DNA of 64,000 nucleotides from a virus: IMG/VR virus record IMGVR_UViG_3300045988_098585; one strand, 5' to 3'. Shown piece by piece: positions 60,876 to 64,000 of this stretch (position 1 is its first letter; each line of letters starts with the position of its first letter). The notes under the pieces were generated by a model. It saw only the letters and a program-made list of their open reading frames with translations, ran no database searches and was not told where the DNA came from. The position numbers and the translations under genes were made by a program.

Positions 60876-61885
60876 TGATTATGGAAGCAAAGTTTAATAT
60901 AGCGGAAATTCTTAAAGATAAACCGCAAGAAACTAAGTTGTATACTGATGCTTTTGGAGAGCTTAGTATAGAAGATATATGTACGGAAGAAGAACAAGGT
61001 ATCACTCTTTTAGATAAAGATAGAGTTGGATTGTTTTTTTACAATGATGGGAGATACAGCATATTTGGAGAGCCTATATTAGTACCTTCAAAAGAAATGC
61101 GTGACTGGCGCAAGTTCGCCTGGAAGAAAGGCGATGTCTTGGTTAGTAATGATAATGTATATGTTATCTTTGAAAAGTTTGAGGATGATGCCTACACAAG
61201 ATTTAAAGGCAAGCATTATCTTTGGAAAGAATGTGACGAAGAAGATTACAGTAAAGAAGAACCCCAAATGCTTACTTATGTATTTAAGAAAGCCAACGAT
61301 GATGATGCTCAGACCTACATCAATACCATCGAGGAAAAATTGGGTGGCAAACTCAATCGTGAGACTTTGGAGATTGAGAAGACTCAGCCAGAGTTCAAGG
61401 ATGGAGATATACTTGCCGCTCCGAGTAGCTTTTTTGAAGGAGATTATGTTTTTATTTTCAAGGGATATGACAACCAAAATTACCTTTGTTACTATGTTGC
61501 GGTTGATAATGATTCAGATAAATTATATTTTTCACATAGTAATGCTTGGTGTTATAATAGTAATGCCGTAAGATATGCTACAGATGAAGATAAACAGCGG
61601 CTCTTTGAAGCTCTCGCAAATAAAGGCAAAGCTTGGAATGCAGAGAAGAAAGCCATTGTTGATTTGAAGCCAAAGTGCGAGTTTAAGCCATTCGACAGAT
61701 GTATTTGGAAGATACGGAATTGTGAAGGCTCTATATGGCAAGCAAGTTTCATTTCTTATGTTGATGAGTATGGTGCTACTCCAATGGGTATGTCTATAGA
61801 TGAAGATTTGGTTAACTTAATTATCCTTCCTTATAATAAGGAGACAGCAAAGCTGATTGGTACGACTGATAATTGGGAGGGTTAG
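60875..61885 (+). CDS. hypothetical protein
   Basis: 336-aa ORF. Start overlaps the previous stop (TAATG). Confidence 0.5.
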   Translation: MIMEAKFNIAEILKDKPQETKLYTDAFGELSIEDICTEEEQGITLLDKDRVGLFFYNDGRYSIFGEPILVPSKEMRDWRKFAWKKGDVLVSNDNVYVIFEKFEDDAYTRFKGKHYLWKECDEEDYSKEEPQMLTYVFKKANDDDAQTYINTIEEKLGGKLNRETLEIEKTQPEFKDGDILAAPSSFFEGDYVFIFKGYDNQNYLCYYVAVDNDSDKLYFSHSNAWCYNSNAVRYATDEDKQRLFEALANKGKAWNAEKKAIVDLKPKCEFKPFDRCIWKIRNCEGSIWQASFISYVDEYGATPMGMSIDEDLVNLIILPYNKETAKLIGTTDNWEG

Positions 61886-61887
61886 AT

Positions 61888-62019
61888 ATGGACGAAGCTT
61901 TAAAAAAAGAACTTATAGAGCATTGTGAAAGGCAAATAAAACGCTTTGAGAGAATGGGAAGAACTGATTCTTTCGCATATAAAGAACATGCTGTTTTACT
62001 TAGTTTTCTTGAACGTTAA
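61888..62019 (+). CDS. small hypothetical protein (43 aa)
   Basis: MDEALKKELIEHCERQIKRFERMGRTDSFAYKEHAVLLSFLER. Below the track cutoff. Confidence 0.35.
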   Translation: MDEALKKELIEHCERQIKRFERMGRTDSFAYKEHAVLLSFLER

Positions 62020-62047
62020 TATTTATATTTTTAATACAACAATAGTT

Positions 62048-62401
62048 ATGATAGACGATAAGAATATAGAAGTTGCTGCACGACTTGACGATAAAGAATA
62101 CTACGATAGTTTATCGGATAATGATAGATGCTTCTTCGAGTATGGTTTTAGACGTGGATATAATCGAGCTTTAAAGGATTTGTGGCATCCTGTTAGCGAA
62201 AAGCCAAACATTAAGCAAGGAGAATGTTGCGTTACATGTTTGGTTAAGTTCAAAAATGGAAGTACAAACTTATGTGTATATTTCCGTAATCCAGAAGGAT
62301 GGGTATGTGATGATATGAGTCCTAAAGATTTTAAAAGAAATTTTAAGGGATGGCTCTATATTGATGATTTACTACCAAAGAAAGGGGTCAATCATGATTA
62401 A
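62048..62401 (+). CDS. hypothetical protein
   Basis: Start moved to ATG 62048 (MIDDKNIE). Confidence 0.45.
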   Translation: MIDDKNIEVAARLDDKEYYDSLSDNDRCFFEYGFRRGYNRALKDLWHPVSEKPNIKQGECCVTCLVKFKNGSTNLCVYFRNPEGWVCDDMSPKDFKRNFKGWLYIDDLLPKKGVNHD

Positions 62402-62615
62402 ACCAGTTACTATGTATTCTGTCGTATGTGACAGATGCGGAAAAGCCTTCATTGATGAGTTTAATGGCATTGTGGCTTGGTTGGACGAAGGAATAGTAAA
62501 AGAGCAAGCAATGGAAAGCGAATGGGCAGAGATTGGCGATAAGCACTACTGCCCAGACTGCTATGAGTTTGATGATGTGTTAGATGAATATGTTCCTAAA
62601 AAGAAAGGGAAATAA
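62394..62615 (+). CDS. zinc-ribbon protein
   Basis: Start ATG 62394 (MIKPVTMY). CDRCGK ... CPDCYE. Confidence 0.45.
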   Translation: MIKPVTMYSVVCDRCGKAFIDEFNGIVAWLDEGIVKEQAMESEWAEIGDKHYCPDCYEFDDVLDEYVPKKKGK

Positions 62616-62617
62616 AA

Positions 62618-63019
62618 ATGAAGAAGAAAGGATATTACGAATATAATCCTGTTATATATCCAAGACTGTTATGTGTCGCTATTGGCATGAACCAAGAAGA
62701 TGCAAACAGGTGTTTTGAAGGCAGAAACGGTGAGACTTTAGAATATGATTTTACGAATGCATCTGGCGTTGTTTATGATAGTCTGAGGAGAAAGACTGAT
62801 AAGAAAATTTGTTCTCTTGCTATTTTTCCTGATAAAGCTGAAATGACTATGGGAACTTGTTGTCATGAGGCAAGTCACGTATGTGATGCTATCGGAAATG
62901 ATATTGATATGAAGCACGGCGGCGAACCATCTGCATATCTTATGGAATGGATTGCATCTTGCATCAACAAGGCTCGTTTGGGTATTGGAGATTTTGTAGA
63001 ATTTAAAGATATAAAATAA
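62618..63019 (+). CDS. small protein with HExxH motif (possible zinc metallopeptidase-like)
   Basis: TCCHEASHVCDA contains H-E-A-S-H. Confidence 0.35.
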   Translation: MKKKGYYEYNPVIYPRLLCVAIGMNQEDANRCFEGRNGETLEYDFTNASGVVYDSLRRKTDKKICSLAIFPDKAEMTMGTCCHEASHVCDAIGNDIDMKHGGEPSAYLMEWIASCINKARLGIGDFVEFKDIK

Positions 63020-63027
63020 TAAGAATT

Positions 63028-63372
63028 ATGAAACCGATTATTGTAATAGAAATTGTAGAGGGAATGGGTATAAATAAAGAGGTTGTTAATCCTTATGGAT
63101 ACGAGCTTTTTGTAGGTGATAAAAATATTGATACTCAGTGGAAGAAACTCGAAGAGCTTCGTAAAACAGGTGGAGTTATTATCGTTAAGCCGGACGCAAA
63201 GAGTGCGGTACACGAGATTCTTAAGCCGTTTATTAATGGTGCTGGCTGGCTTGTCGGTTGTGGTCTAAAAAAGGTGTATACGAAAGAGCATGGCGACTTC
63301 TGTATTATCCTCTTTCATAATCCGCCTAAGGATATGATACAAAAGATTCATATATTTAAAGAGGAGGAATAG
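63028..63372 (+). CDS. hypothetical protein
   Basis: 114-aa ORF. Confidence 0.45.
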   Translation: MKPIIVIEIVEGMGINKEVVNPYGYELFVGDKNIDTQWKKLEELRKTGGVIIVKPDAKSAVHEILKPFINGAGWLVGCGLKKVYTKEHGDFCIILFHNPPKDMIQKIHIFKEEE

Positions 63373-63375
63373 CTT

Positions 63376-63741
63376 ATGATTAAGGAAGTAGAACTTAAAG
63401 TTAGAGAAAGAGTAACTATTACTCTTGAAGTTGTTGAAGCGGATGGAGACTCCTGTAAAGGATGTTTCTTTAATCACAGAAAATCTTGTGGAGAATGGAG
63501 ACAATACTACTCTTGTAGTACCAAGGAACGTTTAGATAACAAGAATGTAATCTTTAAACGGATAAAGAAGCAAAAAAGAAAAATGAAAGAAAACAAACAC
63601 TCATTAAAGATAAGCCGTAACTATGGTGATACTACTCTTGATGGTTATCCAATAGCTACATATTCAAATGATGAATTGAAAATCCTAAAAAGACTGCTTA
63701 CAAAGGTTTTGGGTGAAGTGAACGAATATATACATCTTTAG
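63376..63741 (+). CDS. hypothetical Cys-containing protein
   Basis: 121-aa ORF, DSCKGCFFNHRKSCGEWRQYYSC. Confidence 0.45.
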   Translation: MIKEVELKVRERVTITLEVVEADGDSCKGCFFNHRKSCGEWRQYYSCSTKERLDNKNVIFKRIKKQKRKMKENKHSLKISRNYGDTTLDGYPIATYSNDELKILKRLLTKVLGEVNEYIHL

Positions 63742-63754
63742 AAAAGTAAAGCGT

Positions 63755-63961
63755 ATGGCAGCAAGATATAATTTTATAAAAACCATTTTACACAGATTGG
63801 AAATCTGTTGGAATGTGCTCACACATAAGACTTTTATAGCTTATACAACTGATGATATAGGTGACAAATGGAGTCTTATATATAACATAGAAAGTCTTGA
63901 ACAATTTGGTCAATGGCTTGTAAGTGGTGGGTATAAGGAGAATAGCAACTATAAAAAGTAA
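63755..63961 (+). CDS. hypothetical protein
   Basis: 68-aa ORF. Confidence 0.4.
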   Translation: MAARYNFIKTILHRLEICWNVLTHKTFIAYTTDDIGDKWSLIYNIESLEQFGQWLVSGGYKENSNYKK

Positions 63962-63966
63962 AGCGT

Positions 63967-64000
63967 ATGTTGTACGAAGCAAAACAAGGGACAAAGGCTT
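63967..64000 (+). CDS. partial CDS (5' end only, runs off the right edge)
   Basis: ATG 63967, MLYEAKQGTKA..., open to the end of the window. Confidence 0.3.
   Translation, partial: MLYEAKQGTKA

Noticed and set aside
1-64000. Genome-wide stop-codon reassignment (TAG or TGA recoding, as in some gut phages).
   Set aside because: Very long ORFs (1883, 1713 and 937 aa) and essentially all recognisable genes are intact under the standard code. Only one in-frame TAG junction was seen.

Overview
The window reads as most of a siphovirus-like phage or prophage genome from a Bacteroidota host. The host call rests on repeated TTTG-N19/20-TAnnTTTG promoters. All family names below come from motifs I recognised by eye in the translated ORFs; no database search was run.

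Layout:
- 1..24.9 kb, minus strand: membrane proteins, two tail-fibre cassettes, a giant Tal-like protein, a 1713-aa tape measure, tail chaperones with a T_TTT_TTC -1 frameshift site, head-tail joining genes, capsid, scaffold and a few early-type genes.
- 25.2..45.6 kb, plus strand: about 45 small early genes driven by three copies of one promoter-leader cassette. Most of them share a near-identical translation-initiation motif, TAGGAGATACAAC(A)ATG. This block also holds a DNA methyltransferase, a VRR-NUC nuclease, two antirepressors and an ADP-ribosylglycohydrolase.
- 45.6..59.3 kb, minus strand: a MuF head protein fused to an ADP-ribosyltransferase toxin domain, portal, terminase, and a 7-deazaguanine DNA-modification island (PRTase-FolE fusion, QueE, QueD, QueC, DpdA, a ParB-like protein, a DUF4417-like protein).
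- 59.6..64 kb, plus strand: more small genes.

A complete IS21-family element (37611..40237, 7-bp target duplication) has truncated one antirepressor.

Most interesting observations:
- the convergent MuF-ART toxin and ADP-ribosylglycohydrolase pair;
- the non-canonical deazaguanine island, including a Gpt-like PRTase fused to GTP cyclohydrolase I;
- two candidate small RNAs: one with a canonical promoter and terminator antisense inside the que operon, and one carrying sequences complementary to the shared early-gene ribosome-binding motif;
- a tRNA-like acceptor/T-arm module closing a ~160-nt structured intergenic RNA;
- a three-gene opposite-strand moron island;
- an in-frame TAG separating a tail fibre from a DUF1566-like domain;
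- two zinc-ribbon ORFs broken at homopolymer runs.

No integrase, DNA polymerase, endolysin, CRISPR array, reverse transcriptase or canonical tRNA was recognised in the window.
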